From a virus (taxonomy: Duplodnaviria > Caudoviricetes): a stretch of DNA of 61,709 nucleotides. Positions within the stretch are counted from its first letter, which is position 1, and every line of letters starts with the position of its first letter. Below are positions 37,073-47,051 of the stretch, one piece after another. Where the stretch lies: positions 1 to 61,709 of IMG/VR virus record IMGVR_UViG_3300047480_000376; one strand, given 5' to 3'. The notes under the pieces were generated by a model, which ran no database searches, was not told the origin of the DNA, and worked only from the letters and a program-made list of their open reading frames with translations. The translations under genes and the position numbers were made by a program.

Positions 37073-37511
37073 CTATCACTTCGCTCTTATTCTGTTGAGA
37101 AAGAATAAAACGTTGTAGGTCTGTAGTAGATCCTACAAATACATTATTATTAGTAATTTTTTCGGGAGATGGTGACTTTCCCTTCGGCCCGCTGCGAAGG
37201 TTCTGTACTTTTTTCTGCAAGTCAGCAAGCTTATCTGTATTATCAGCTTGTGTCTTTAGAAGACCTGCTAGTACTTCGAAAGCGCGTGGATGTTGCGAGT
37301 CTCTCGCTAACTCCATCATAAGATCAATAGCTTCGTTACCCTTTGTAATAAGCTCTTTGTATGTCTCTCTCGACACATCATAGTCGACCTGCAGATCATC
37401 GACCGGTTGCGAAGATTCTTGTGTTGCCGATATCGGCATATTCTTAGAAAGGGCTTCTGCTATCTTTTCTTTCTTGCTTACACTATTATCTATACTTTTC
37501 ATTCCATTCAC
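37044..37511 (-). CDS. 16: Terminase small subunit
   Basis: HPRAFEV, NNNVFVGSTTDLQ. Confidence 0.93.
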   Translation of the reverse strand: MNGMKSIDNSVSKKEKIAEALSKNMPISATQESSQPVDDLQVDYDVSRETYKELITKGNEAIDLMMELARDSQHPRAFEVLAGLLKTQADNTDKLADLQKKVQNLRSGPKGKSPSPEKITNNNVFVGSTTDLQRFILSQQNKSEVIDVDINKPNE

Positions 37512-38281
37512 TCACTTGCAAAACCAAAATCATTCATATAATCAATTGTAGTTTGTTGAATCGTATGTGGATCATCAGCGTTTGCACCTAATGGTACCAC
37601 CTGTGTGTTGACAGCAGATATCTTGGCTGAGCTATCAACATCTCTGAAATTAACAGTAGAATCTTTAATGACTCCAACATCTTTCTGTATTGGTCCAAAG
37701 AACTGTATCTTCATATTAAAGTCTAATGTATAAATCAACGTTCTACGTGTTTCAAATTCACCTTCATAATCATCTGACATAGTGACAGATTGCAGTGTGA
37801 TTGGTATATCACGTGTTAAATTAATTTCTGGTATCTCTTTAACCGTAACGATATATTCTGGGTTAAAGTACGGCAAGATCTGTTCAGTGATTTGTAGAAC
37901 TTCATCTTGTGTCTTACCAATGATATTTAGCTGCATACCCAAAACGTATGGTGCACCAGTATAAATAGTGCTTGCTCCTCGTGGAGAAGGCACTTGCAAT
38001 TTAATATTCTTACTTACCTTGGCTTGTGTGTCATAAGATACAGATGTTATCTCAAACGACATGCGCGGCAAACGTAGTGCAACTTCAGGAGCCAATAGAT
38101 CTGGTTCTTCTAATAGACGCGCTAAGAACTTTTGCTTAGGTCCGTAAGCTAAAGGTACTTTCTGATTACTTAAGATATTTCCTAAGTTATCCCTCTTAAC
38201 TATATTAATGTTGTTGAAGAGAGTACCAAAAACCGCTACGGACTTTCTAAGGTGCTGATTGTAAAAATATTGTCCAAACAT
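37508..38281 (-). CDS. 15: Tail sheath stabiliser/terminator
   Basis: FGTLFNNI, VPLAYGPKQKFL, LPRMSFE, EQILPYF.P. Confidence 0.95.
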   Translation of the reverse strand: MFGQYFYNQHLRKSVAVFGTLFNNINIVKRDNLGNILSNQKVPLAYGPKQKFLARLLEEPDLLAPEVALRLPRMSFEITSVSYDTQAKVSKNIKLQVPSPRGASTIYTGAPYVLGMQLNIIGKTQDEVLQITEQILPYFNPEYIVTVKEIPEINLTRDIPITLQSVTMSDDYEGEFETRRTLIYTLDFNMKIQFFGPIQKDVGVIKDSTVNFRDVDSSAKISAVNTQVVPLGANADDPHTIQQTTIDYMNDFGFASE

Positions 38282-38286
38282 TTATT

Positions 38287-39981
38287 TTACCAAGTATCGT
38301 TAGACCAAGCTACGCGTTTCCAAATATTAGTTGTACCATCATAATCTTGAACACAGTAATATAAATGTGTAGTGTCAAATACTACCATTCCAGCTTTATT
38401 ACCTAAACTTCCAACGCTAGAAGATGGCACAAAATTACTTACTCTCAAGCCTCCTCCATCTGGAAAATCTAACCTACCATCGGGTTGAAACCTCCAAGTC
38501 CAAGATTGATTATCATAGTCTGTTGTGATTTCAATGGGTTCTTCAATTGAATAGTTTACAAATCTAAAGATGTCACGACCAAACATTCTAATATCGTCTT
38601 GAACATCTACCCTAAAATCATTATTTTCTATCTGTAAATAATTTGTATTAGTTACAAATATTTGAAACTCTAGCGAAGTTAAATTTGTTGGACTAGTTGG
38701 AGGTGCAGTAAGTACTTGTACTTTATACACATCTGCAGATGGATTAGATGCTGATCCTCCGTATTCAACGTTATCGTTCTGATTTATGATCAGTCTGTTT
38801 TGTCCACCGTTAGTAAAATCCCAAAATTTTGAGATCATAGTCTGATTTGTTGTGGTAAATTCTACGTAGTAATTTCCATTCTCTTCATACCATGTACCGG
38901 TAGTAAAATCATTAGAATCTGTATAATACCAAAATTGATCAGTATAGTATTGATTTTGTAATCTTATACCTTGATTATCTCTTACTCTAACGTAATTATT
39001 TTCTCCACCTAAAAACAAATCTGCATTACTTTGATCTTGTGGACCACCAGCACGAATGTGAATATGAGAAGGAGCAGTAGGATCAATAACTAAATATTGT
39101 CCGTTTGCATATAGATTATTGTCTGGAACTAATTCTAAAGTTGCATACCCATTACCGTCGCCTGATGCAGTTCCAGATCCAATAATCTTTACATCATCAA
39201 AAGACACATTGCCTGTATTTGCTGTACCAGTAAAGTCAAAGTGTAGATCCCAAACCCCACTACCAATAGTCATACCGGTAGTGTGTGTGATATTATCTAA
39301 ATTTAGTTCATAATATTCAGCACCACCAACGTTCATCTCTTGAACGCCAGTCACTCTAAATAGTGCACGATTAGCTGGATTAGTAGCGCTAATAATTTCT
39401 AACAAGAAGTTTAAATTGTTATCAAATACGTATTGATAGAAAGGATGAATATCATTGCCATTAACGTCTTTTACAGATACATACGCTACAGTAGCAAGTT
39501 CTGGATCATCGTTATCTAGTGATAATCCGCCATCAATGGTTGGATCTTGATTATGTGCATAGTTATAACCTTGAGTAGTACCACCTCCACCCCATGGGAT
39601 GTATTTCCAAATTGATGTTTCACCATCATAAGCACTAACTGAAACATATAAGTTATTTCCGTCGAATGCAATCTGACCAGCTGATTGACCTTCAAAACCA
39701 ATTAATGTTTCTGGTGTAGCAGTACTAGTAACTAGAGATGGTTTATCTAATAAATCATCAAAACTGCCTGTAGTTGCAATAGTAGCAAAGTTTGGTTTAT
39801 TGCGAAGATCTGCATAACTACCAGTCTTCAGTAAGTTACCTCCAGAAATATTTAATCCATCAGTCGCTAATGCTCCATATATTTCATCGAAGTTTGCTTT
39901 TATTTTAAGCGCACCTGCACGAAGTGTATCACCCGATTTATCGTTGTTAGTTACGCCTGCGTTTAGAATCTGTTTTGCCAT
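38287..39981 (-). CDS. Virion fibre-like structural protein with gp9/10-type N-terminus
   Basis: MAKQ.LN.G...NDKSGDTLR.G..KI..NF.EIY; duplicated YDG.T.IWK motif. Confidence 0.7.
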   Translation of the reverse strand: MAKQILNAGVTNNDKSGDTLRAGALKIKANFDEIYGALATDGLNISGGNLLKTGSYADLRNKPNFATIATTGSFDDLLDKPSLVTSTATPETLIGFEGQSAGQIAFDGNNLYVSVSAYDGETSIWKYIPWGGGGTTQGYNYAHNQDPTIDGGLSLDNDDPELATVAYVSVKDVNGNDIHPFYQYVFDNNLNFLLEIISATNPANRALFRVTGVQEMNVGGAEYYELNLDNITHTTGMTIGSGVWDLHFDFTGTANTGNVSFDDVKIIGSGTASGDGNGYATLELVPDNNLYANGQYLVIDPTAPSHIHIRAGGPQDQSNADLFLGGENNYVRVRDNQGIRLQNQYYTDQFWYYTDSNDFTTGTWYEENGNYYVEFTTTNQTMISKFWDFTNGGQNRLIINQNDNVEYGGSASNPSADVYKVQVLTAPPTSPTNLTSLEFQIFVTNTNYLQIENNDFRVDVQDDIRMFGRDIFRFVNYSIEEPIEITTDYDNQSWTWRFQPDGRLDFPDGGGLRVSNFVPSSSVGSLGNKAGMVVFDTTHLYYCVQDYDGTTNIWKRVAWSNDTW

Positions 39982-39996
39982 ATTAGTTCCTAGTAA

Positions 39997-41037
39997 TTAG
40001 ACTGCATCCCATGTTGCAGTGTTCTCATCGAATCTTAGTTTAGTGTTATCAAGCCTGATAGCTGAAGGCTCATAATCTGTTAATGTATCTTGTAGATACT
40101 GTTCTCCTGGTTCACCGAATGGATTAGATTCAGAAAAGTCCAATATCTCATCACCAAATTCTTCAAAGTCAATGTTCTGTGCATTCGGATCGCTTGGTAT
40201 ATCAATCGAATTTACAGCTTCAGTAATAATATACGAAGCTCCAGATTTCATGCCTATCAATCTGCGTTCTTGTGCAGCTTCACCTATGCCCGATGCTTGA
40301 AAGTATCTTGGCTTATTATCAGAAGAACGAATTTGATTTACAGTTATTGTAGCTGCAACACCGCTTGCAAACTCTACGCTTGCTAAATCACCGTATACAA
40401 ATATAGGTTGATTATCGGTATCATATCCAACGAACTGTTGTACTTGCTCTCCATATGAAGCAAAGTTGATTCCATTGTTAGCACCTAAAATCAGGCGTTG
40501 AGAAGGTGCGTATGTATTTTCAATACCATCAATAATGTCATAACCAGTGTTGAACTTCTCACCGCTGTATTCCCAAGTTTCGCAATGTAATTCATAAACG
40601 AAGATGTTAGCCAACTGATAGAAGGCTGCTTCGTGTTCTACGAACTTAATTTCAAAGAATGTACCAGATAGCGGAACATATAACAAGTCGCCTTCATTTG
40701 GACGACCACCGATCATCGTATTGTTTTCTCGTCCAATAAAGTTTTCCCAACGACGACGCGATACTACGAATGTTGCTTGGTCTCGAATCTCAAGACCAAA
40801 CTTAGACATGATTGTGCCTTCACCAGCATAACCACCTTCATCGATATACATCTCAATTAAATATGCTTGGTTAAATTCGTTAGCTGTAGCGTCGTTTAAT
40901 ACCTTATCTAGGTTTCTTAGAGTTCTAGGTATGTAATAGATGTCTTGGCCATAAACTCTCAAAGACTCTTCGATCATATCTTCATAGAGTCTCTGTTCTC
41001 CTATAACACCCGGATTAAAGTATACATTGGTTGGCAT
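39997..41037 (-). CDS. 14: Neck protein
   Basis: EQRLYED...ESL..YG.D.YYIPR, SKFGLEIRD, RPNEGDL.Y.P, DFSESNPFG. Confidence 0.95.
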   Translation of the reverse strand: MPTNVYFNPGVIGEQRLYEDMIEESLRVYGQDIYYIPRTLRNLDKVLNDATANEFNQAYLIEMYIDEGGYAGEGTIMSKFGLEIRDQATFVVSRRRWENFIGRENNTMIGGRPNEGDLLYVPLSGTFFEIKFVEHEAAFYQLANIFVYELHCETWEYSGEKFNTGYDIIDGIENTYAPSQRLILGANNGINFASYGEQVQQFVGYDTDNQPIFVYGDLASVEFASGVAATITVNQIRSSDNKPRYFQASGIGEAAQERRLIGMKSGASYIITEAVNSIDIPSDPNAQNIDFEEFGDEILDFSESNPFGEPGEQYLQDTLTDYEPSAIRLDNTKLRFDENTATWDAV

Positions 41038-41040
41038 TTA

Positions 41041-41778
41041 TTATCCTACGAAGAAGTCTGCTGGCAACTCGTGTGTATTTCTCAATTCTTCTTCTAATAA
41101 ACGAATATCATTCTCAGCATCATCAATATATTGACGAGCATTAATAGTAACACCACCAGGCAATTGCATACCGTCGAACTTAGCTAGGTTCGAACCCCAT
41201 TGGAACTGAATTAAAGCAGTTGCATATCTCTTTAACCAAAAGTCATTCCATACTTCTGTATTATCGATCTTTACATAGCACTCAACCATCATATACATGC
41301 CAGCTTGAATCTTTTCGCTCCACTTAGTCTCTACGTATAATCTATTGCCATGTCTTTGATATTGAATAGTTTGTACACCGTTTAATAATGAGTCTAGCGT
41401 TGTTAAGTATTGTTGCATCTCTACATAATATTGCATAGAGTCTGCTCTATATAAAGCATAGAAGTCGTTTAAGTACATCTGATACTTCATATTAAACATA
41501 TTGATAGCTGACCAAGAATGAGTCAATGGTAGTATGCGTTGTACGGATATAACATCATCAGTGAGTGTAACATATCCATTTGCTATATCGATCTCTGTTA
41601 CTTGTACTGGCAAGTATACGCGTCTTTGTCCATCATAATGATAATCATAATATTTTTGTAATGCTTCATCGATGCGGTCATCTAATTGATCATCATCAAC
41701 GTTTACTTCAAGCACAGGCTGACCCAATGCGCGTAGACAATATTCTTTTAATTCTGCTCTATTTGTTGGAGTTGCCAT
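41041..41778 (-). CDS. 13: Neck protein
   Basis: YCLR.LG.PV.EVNVDDDQ, WLKRYATAL...QWG.NL.KF.G.QLPGG. Confidence 0.95.
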   Translation of the reverse strand: MATPTNRAELKEYCLRALGQPVLEVNVDDDQLDDRIDEALQKYYDYHYDGQRRVYLPVQVTEIDIANGYVTLTDDVISVQRILPLTHSWSAINMFNMKYQMYLNDFYALYRADSMQYYVEMQQYLTTLDSLLNGVQTIQYQRHGNRLYVETKWSEKIQAGMYMMVECYVKIDNTEVWNDFWLKRYATALIQFQWGSNLAKFDGMQLPGGVTINARQYIDDAENDIRLLEEELRNTHELPADFFVG

Positions 41779-41790
41779 GTTTATGCCTTT

Positions 41791-42225
41791 TTATTTTAGA
41801 ATGGAACGTGCCATCCAAGCGTGCTTCTTATGTGCAGCCAATCTTGCTGCGCAAAAGTCTGAAATTTGATATTCTTGTGCTTTTTCTGCGGCATCGTATA
41901 GTTGATTATAGAGCGTAATCATGGTATCATTGTTGCTTAAAAAACGTGAAAACATTTGTTCAGCTGATGGAAAATCATCTTCATTATTCACCTTAGATTC
42001 TTGCTTATAAACATCCAGTGATCCTGGAGAGTACTCGCCCAGCTGTCTTATAAATTCTGCCAGTGTATCATTTTGCTCATATAGATCTTCATAAACTCCT
42101 GCCCAAAATGCATGATATTCGTTGAAGTGAGGGCCTTCCACGTTCCAATGAAACATTTGTGTCTTTAAAAATAACGTAAAGTTAGATGCAAGCGTTGTAC
42201 GAAGTGATGTAATAAGTTCAGTCAT
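41791..42225 (-). CDS. dps: Dps / ferritin-like protein
   Basis: FHWNVEGP.F..YH, D.LAE.IR.LG, H.K.AWM.RS; GGAG SD before MTELI. Confidence 0.9.
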   Translation of the reverse strand: MTELITSLRTTLASNFTLFLKTQMFHWNVEGPHFNEYHAFWAGVYEDLYEQNDTLAEFIRQLGEYSPGSLDVYKQESKVNNEDDFPSAEQMFSRFLSNNDTMITLYNQLYDAAEKAQEYQISDFCAARLAAHKKHAWMARSILK

Positions 42226-42249
42226 GAATAGCTCCAAGTTGTATAGATC

Positions 42250-42257
42250 TATTTATA
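42250..42257 (-). promoter_or_regulatory. T4-type late promoter
   Basis: TATAAATA upstream of dps. Confidence 0.75.
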
Positions 42258-42271
42258 TTTTTCTGCATACT

Positions 42272-42297
42272 AATAAGGCCTCCGAAGAGGCCTTATT
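42272..42297 (-). terminator. UUCG hairpin closing the accessory operon
   Basis: AATAAGGCCTC-TTCG-GAGGCCTTATT. Confidence 0.75.
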
Positions 42298-43335
42298 TTA
42301 AATCATAAATGTGAATATTCCAGCTACTGTAACTAATAATATAGACCAAGCCCCAAGAGCTGTATAGTATGTCTTTAGCGGAGTGCCAAAATAGGTGTTT
42401 CCTACCATCACGCATTTATGTGTTGGTGACAATAGGTAACCAGCATAGTCTAGCGCAAAGAACCATAAGAAATATTGTGGTCCAAACAGCTGCGACATTA
42501 ATACCGCAATAGCCACGAACTTACCGCTAGATCCCATAAAGAATGAAGCTATAAATCCAAGCGTACTAATTAACAACATGCCTGTAAACAGTGTAGGATC
42601 TAGCATACTGCCTTTAATCATGCCTTCAAAGAATGCTTGTTCAGACTTGAAGTAGTTACCTGCCATGATAGCAACAGCTACTACAATAAGCACATTCCAG
42701 TTGACATAGCCAAGGAGTTTCTTAATATCCCATTGCTGTGTGATAAACATATAGTATAGTGTTAAGAAACCAAAGCATAAGATGAAGTTAACACCTGCAA
42801 TATAAGCTGCGATAGCAGCAAACATTGGCACCACACCCCGTGCAACAGCAGAAATCTTAAAGTTCCCAGGAGTGATTGCTATCTCTTCATCTTTAACTTG
42901 TCTCCAAATATACCAGTAGATGAACACTAAACTTGTGATTAACAAAGGAGCTATCATACCCATCCACGCAGCATACGTTAAACCAAATGCAGCGATTGGG
43001 ATAATAACAGTCTTTTCAAGTGGAGACCACAAGTAATAGTGGTGTGTTGCTAAGTAGTCGACGATTCCCATCTTTTGTCTACCGGGTCCATCCTTCGGAG
43101 CCACAGTATCTAAAAGACCAGCACTAACCACGACACGCCCTTCAATTGGAAGGATGCCGCCGATAGCACTTAGGAGGACGACTACGAACTTGTTGCTTCT
43201 GAATGTATTCTTAATATATGCATAAGCAGGGGCAAAAAGTTGGTACTGTTTTGCTAGTCCTGCAGAGATCATAATAAAGAATACCATCCAGAGATAGTTG
43301 ATGTTCTTTAAAAGAACATTTAGAACAAAGTCCAT
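42298..43335 (-). CDS. Polytopic membrane transporter (DUF401/ion-transporter-like)
   Basis: About 10 TM segments; GGILP..G...SA, HH..LWSP, YLLSPTHKC. Confidence 0.7.
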   Translation of the reverse strand: MDFVLNVLLKNINYLWMVFFIMISAGLAKQYQLFAPAYAYIKNTFRSNKFVVVLLSAIGGILPIEGRVVVSAGLLDTVAPKDGPGRQKMGIVDYLATHHYYLWSPLEKTVIIPIAAFGLTYAAWMGMIAPLLITSLVFIYWYIWRQVKDEEIAITPGNFKISAVARGVVPMFAAIAAYIAGVNFILCFGFLTLYYMFITQQWDIKKLLGYVNWNVLIVVAVAIMAGNYFKSEQAFFEGMIKGSMLDPTLFTGMLLISTLGFIASFFMGSSGKFVAIAVLMSQLFGPQYFLWFFALDYAGYLLSPTHKCVMVGNTYFGTPLKTYYTALGAWSILLVTVAGIFTFMI

Positions 43336-43343
43336 AATTACCT

Positions 43344-43694
43344 CTAAATTACGTTTTTAATAATGACCATCACGCTAATCCACGTCCAAAGGGTGTTGAA
43401 AGCCACCAGTGTTGGTAATAGTTTCTTATTACTTGCCCAAATCAAGGTTAGACTTGTCAGAAGCGTTAAGAAATATAACCACCAAAGTTGTATTCCAAAT
43501 ATTAGACCTGGGACGATAATGATCGCCTTTGCGCCCCATGATAGGGCTTCTACTATATTATAGTCCGTCCAGTATTTTCTGGTAAACCACATACAGTAGC
43601 ATTCTTTTATTGCCTTAAAACCTACATGTCTGTAGACTATAAACAATAAAACGAATGTTATACTACAAGCTACTACTGTATGCAACAATGTCAT
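43344..43694 (-). CDS. Small membrane protein
   Basis: 116 aa with 3-4 hydrophobic segments. Confidence 0.7.
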   Translation of the reverse strand: MTLLHTVVACSITFVLLFIVYRHVGFKAIKECYCMWFTRKYWTDYNIVEALSWGAKAIIIVPGLIFGIQLWWLYFLTLLTSLTLIWASNKKLLPTLVAFNTLWTWISVMVIIKNVI

Positions 43695-44464
43695 TTAAAT
43701 AAACTCCTAAATGGACACTTCTTCTCATTATGTTTTTCGTAACTTTGTTTTATTTGGTTTCTCTTGAGAGTAAATGTAAAGTTTGAAAGGAACTTCTTTT
43801 TCTTTAGCCATAATTCATCATAAGCATTTTTATCTCTGCAAATGAAGTCGTATTTCTTTTCAGTTAGTGGTATCATATATGCTAGAGGCATACCAGCTTT
43901 AATCGTATATGATCCGTTCAATTTGTGCCAATATAATTGCAAATTAATTGCATCAGATAGTGAAGGATCTAATATTCCTGTACTCTGAGTGAATGTAAAA
44001 TCATCAGAATACGGTATAGGAAGCATTATAAATTTGATGCCCTTTGGAGCAACGATATGCCATGGAGTATTAATCTTGACGATAGATCTTAGTGTGTTTG
44101 GTGGAACTGGTATATTTCTAGCAACTCCATCAAATGAATGATCTTGTACAATAGGTGCAAGTTCTGTCTCATTCATTAACTCTACCATAGTGACGTTTGG
44201 AATAGTCCACTTATAATAGTTTGGATCACCATTGGTTTCTATCATTATATCACACCACGCCGGTATGAAGAAACCATTCTTAAATAAGTCGAATATTCCT
44301 GGACAACGATATGCGTGCGCAAATGTACCACCGTTGGCTGCATTTAATCTTTTAACATAGTCATCTCTACATTCAGAAAACCATCCGTGTTGTACATCTT
44401 TGGCATGTAAAATTGGAGTAGACTCTGCTACTCCATGAATGCTAGAGAAAAATTCAATCTTCAT
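43691..44464 (-). CDS. Hypothetical beta-rich protein typical of phage 2OG-oxygenase clusters
   Basis: RCPGIFD...GF.IP.WCD, KINTPW, GILD, IKAG.PLA..IP. Confidence 0.7.
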   Translation of the reverse strand: MKIEFFSSIHGVAESTPILHAKDVQHGWFSECRDDYVKRLNAANGGTFAHAYRCPGIFDLFKNGFFIPAWCDIMIETNGDPNYYKWTIPNVTMVELMNETELAPIVQDHSFDGVARNIPVPPNTLRSIVKINTPWHIVAPKGIKFIMLPIPYSDDFTFTQSTGILDPSLSDAINLQLYWHKLNGSYTIKAGMPLAYMIPLTEKKYDFICRDKNAYDELWLKKKKFLSNFTFTLKRNQIKQSYEKHNEKKCPFRSLFK

Positions 44465-44958
44465 TTATAATCAATCACCAATATACTTCGCTTCACTTTA
44501 CATGGCCTGCTTGAATGCATTAACCAACCTGGAATATATATCCAATCTCCAGGGTTTAATGTCTTAACTTCAAAACCTGCAGTTGGACGAGTGTCGTATA
44601 ACAATAGATCACCGCTTCCAACTATGTTTATAATCATTGTGCCGCTACTACTCCTATGAATATGAGGATCTTGATATCCCCCAACATCATAGTCGACTAC
44701 CCAGCTACTCTTATCTTTTGTATGATAGTACGCATCAAACTGTGACACGATGTGTTTATGCCATTCTGGTTGACTATCGTCAGATTTAAATGCATATTGC
44801 CACCCATTCATGGTCGTACTATAGACACTAACATCATCTTCTAACAGTTTTTGTATTTCAATCCACTTATTGAAATCACTTACTATTTTTTCATTTAGAT
44901 CTACAGTACCATGAAATATATTGACTGCGAAAAGATCTTCACTCTGGCTTGTAAACAT
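44461..44958 (-). CDS. 2OG-Fe(II) oxygenase-like protein
   Basis: GGYQDPHIH, GD.I.IPGWLMH, distal R. Confidence 0.75.
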   Translation of the reverse strand: MFTSQSEDLFAVNIFHGTVDLNEKIVSDFNKWIEIQKLLEDDVSVYSTTMNGWQYAFKSDDSQPEWHKHIVSQFDAYYHTKDKSSWVVDYDVGGYQDPHIHRSSSGTMIINIVGSGDLLLYDTRPTAGFEVKTLNPGDWIYIPGWLMHSSRPCKVKRSILVIDYK

Positions 44959-45547
44959 ATGGGATATCAATGTCAAATACTATATTAATCCGCTGTCTAT
45001 CAGACATGTTTGGTTCAACCTCATGCGGTACCCAAGAAGGCCATAGCACTAAGTCACCATCTTTAGGCAGAAAAAAGAAATCTCTAGTGTAAGGAGAAAA
45101 ATCGCTGCAATCATTTAATATATTTGCAGGATTCGTCAAGATTAAACGTCCAGTATCAGTGGCTTGTAAGTAATATACACAAGAGAAGATAGATTTTTTA
45201 TGTGAATGATATACATTCCTTGCATATTTTTCGTTTATATTACACCAACTACCAACCTGTATAGGTGATTCTTCAGTGGGTAGTTTTATTCTACTTCCAG
45301 GTTGATTAGCATAATATTCGAATGCTTCATGCGTAATGTGAGACACCGCATTATTTAACCACTCACAATCAGTGATTGGATATGAATATCTCCAGCATCC
45401 TTCATTATTTGTAAGAGAATTTATATCCTTTTTTCCAGAAGCTTTTAAATCCAATAAACGGTCAATCAGTTCTTGCCTTTGTTCTGGTGTACCTACGTTA
45501 GCATAACTGAATAAGTCAGCCCTAAACAGCGTGTGTGGTTCTCTCAT
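44939..45547 (-). CDS. 2OG-Fe(II) oxygenase (TIGR02466-like)
   Basis: WCNIN...N.YHSH, SCVYYL, GDLVLWPSW.PHEV.PN...RINIVF. Confidence 0.88.
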   Translation of the reverse strand: MREPHTLFRADLFSYANVGTPEQRQELIDRLLDLKASGKKDINSLTNNEGCWRYSYPITDCEWLNNAVSHITHEAFEYYANQPGSRIKLPTEESPIQVGSWCNINEKYARNVYHSHKKSIFSCVYYLQATDTGRLILTNPANILNDCSDFSPYTRDFFFLPKDGDLVLWPSWVPHEVEPNMSDRQRINIVFDIDIPYVYKPE

Positions 45548-47051
45548 ACCAATCCTTCAAAAACTCATAATGATTTGGGAAATATTCTATAGCATTATCT
45601 ATCTCGGCAGTTTTTGTCTTAATATAGTATTCAGCATACTTAGTTTCTTCAGGCGACAATACGTGTGTTTGTGCATCATCATATACACCGTTTGCGTGTA
45701 ACATACTAAACCAATGACCAGTATGGAAACCAGATGTTTTATCATCTAAATAAAAGCGTCTATGCAAGTTTGGATAGAATTGACTAAAGATTTGTTGGAT
45801 ATATGATGGAGCATCTTCGATCTTTTGTGATCTAATCTCTTTCCAAAACGGCGTATCATCCCTATCGCTATAATGATAGTGTGCCCATACAAAAGCAATA
45901 ATCTCTACAACCATATTAATATATGAAGCATTAAATGCATTCATTAAGTTATCATTCCAAATTCCGCTATGATGGTTTAAACCATTAGTCAGTGCTTCAA
46001 CAATCTTAGTGGTAAATGTAATTCCAGTAGCTTCTAATGGTTCTACAAACCCCGCAGATAAACCAACAGCAATAACATTCTTATATGCAACCTTTTCAGA
46101 TGCACCACATCTCATCTTAAGGTGGCGTGCTTTAGCATCATATTCACCAATAGTGTCTCTCAATTCTTTCTCAGCATCTTCTGGCGATATATGCTTTGAA
46201 GAATACACATAACCATTTCCAATCTGCTTAAATGTTGGAATAGTCCATCTCCAACCAGCTGTCATAGTAGTAGCTTTGGTATATGGATGACATTCATTAT
46301 GCGGATCTTTATATTGTGTTGGCATAGCTACAGCGCTATCACACGGCAATATATTAGAGATATCCATAAATGGAACTTTTAATTCCTTATTGATTAATTT
46401 AGCCTCAAAGCCTGTACAATCAATAAAGAGATCAGCAGTATGTTTTCTGCCTTGTTCATCTAATAGGTACTCAATGCCGTCGACATTACTCTTTATTTCA
46501 GTAATCTTAGTATCATAATATGTGATTCTATCTTTAATCAAATCACTGATGGTGTCTAATATATCAAACGCCGAAAAATGTACTGCTCCCCAATCTTTAT
46601 AATCGCGCAATGACATAGCATGATCATAACCATCCAATTTAGGGCTTTTGTTTGCCATCGCTAATCTATACGCTGGTAACCAGTCTCGCCATTCATTTTT
46701 TGGCTTATCGATAAAATAGTCGTGCGCGTATAGATTTGGACCCATAATATGATTTTCAACGAAATCATTATCAACAAAATATGGATCTTTATTCCAGCCA
46801 CTCAGTAAAACGCCATACTTAAATGCAGCCTGCGATGGCTTCATCCACTGTTTTGGCTCTAAACCTGCATCATGTAAAAATCTAGAAGTAAATGGTTGAG
46901 TTCCCTCACCAACACCGATTGGTCCTAATGCTTTACTTTCGATTAGTGTTATATTACATGGAAAATTAATATTTTTTGACATATAAGCAGCGGTCAACCA
47001 TCCGCTTGTACCACCGCCAAAAATTGTAATGTTCTTTATTTTCTTAATCAT
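45522..47051 (-). CDS. Flavin-dependent tryptophan halogenase-like protein
   Basis: GGGTSG, IGVGEGT, catalytic-Lys position (AFKYG), FIDCTGF, WRWTIP, FVEPLEATG. Confidence 0.9.
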   Translation of the reverse strand: MIKKIKNITIFGGGTSGWLTAAYMSKNINFPCNITLIESKALGPIGVGEGTQPFTSRFLHDAGLEPKQWMKPSQAAFKYGVLLSGWNKDPYFVDNDFVENHIMGPNLYAHDYFIDKPKNEWRDWLPAYRLAMANKSPKLDGYDHAMSLRDYKDWGAVHFSAFDILDTISDLIKDRITYYDTKITEIKSNVDGIEYLLDEQGRKHTADLFIDCTGFEAKLINKELKVPFMDISNILPCDSAVAMPTQYKDPHNECHPYTKATTMTAGWRWTIPTFKQIGNGYVYSSKHISPEDAEKELRDTIGEYDAKARHLKMRCGASEKVAYKNVIAVGLSAGFVEPLEATGITFTTKIVEALTNGLNHHSGIWNDNLMNAFNASYINMVVEIIAFVWAHYHYSDRDDTPFWKEIRSQKIEDAPSYIQQIFSQFYPNLHRRFYLDDKTSGFHTGHWFSMLHANGVYDDAQTHVLSPEETKYAEYYIKTKTAEIDNAIEYFPNHYEFLKDWYERTTHAV

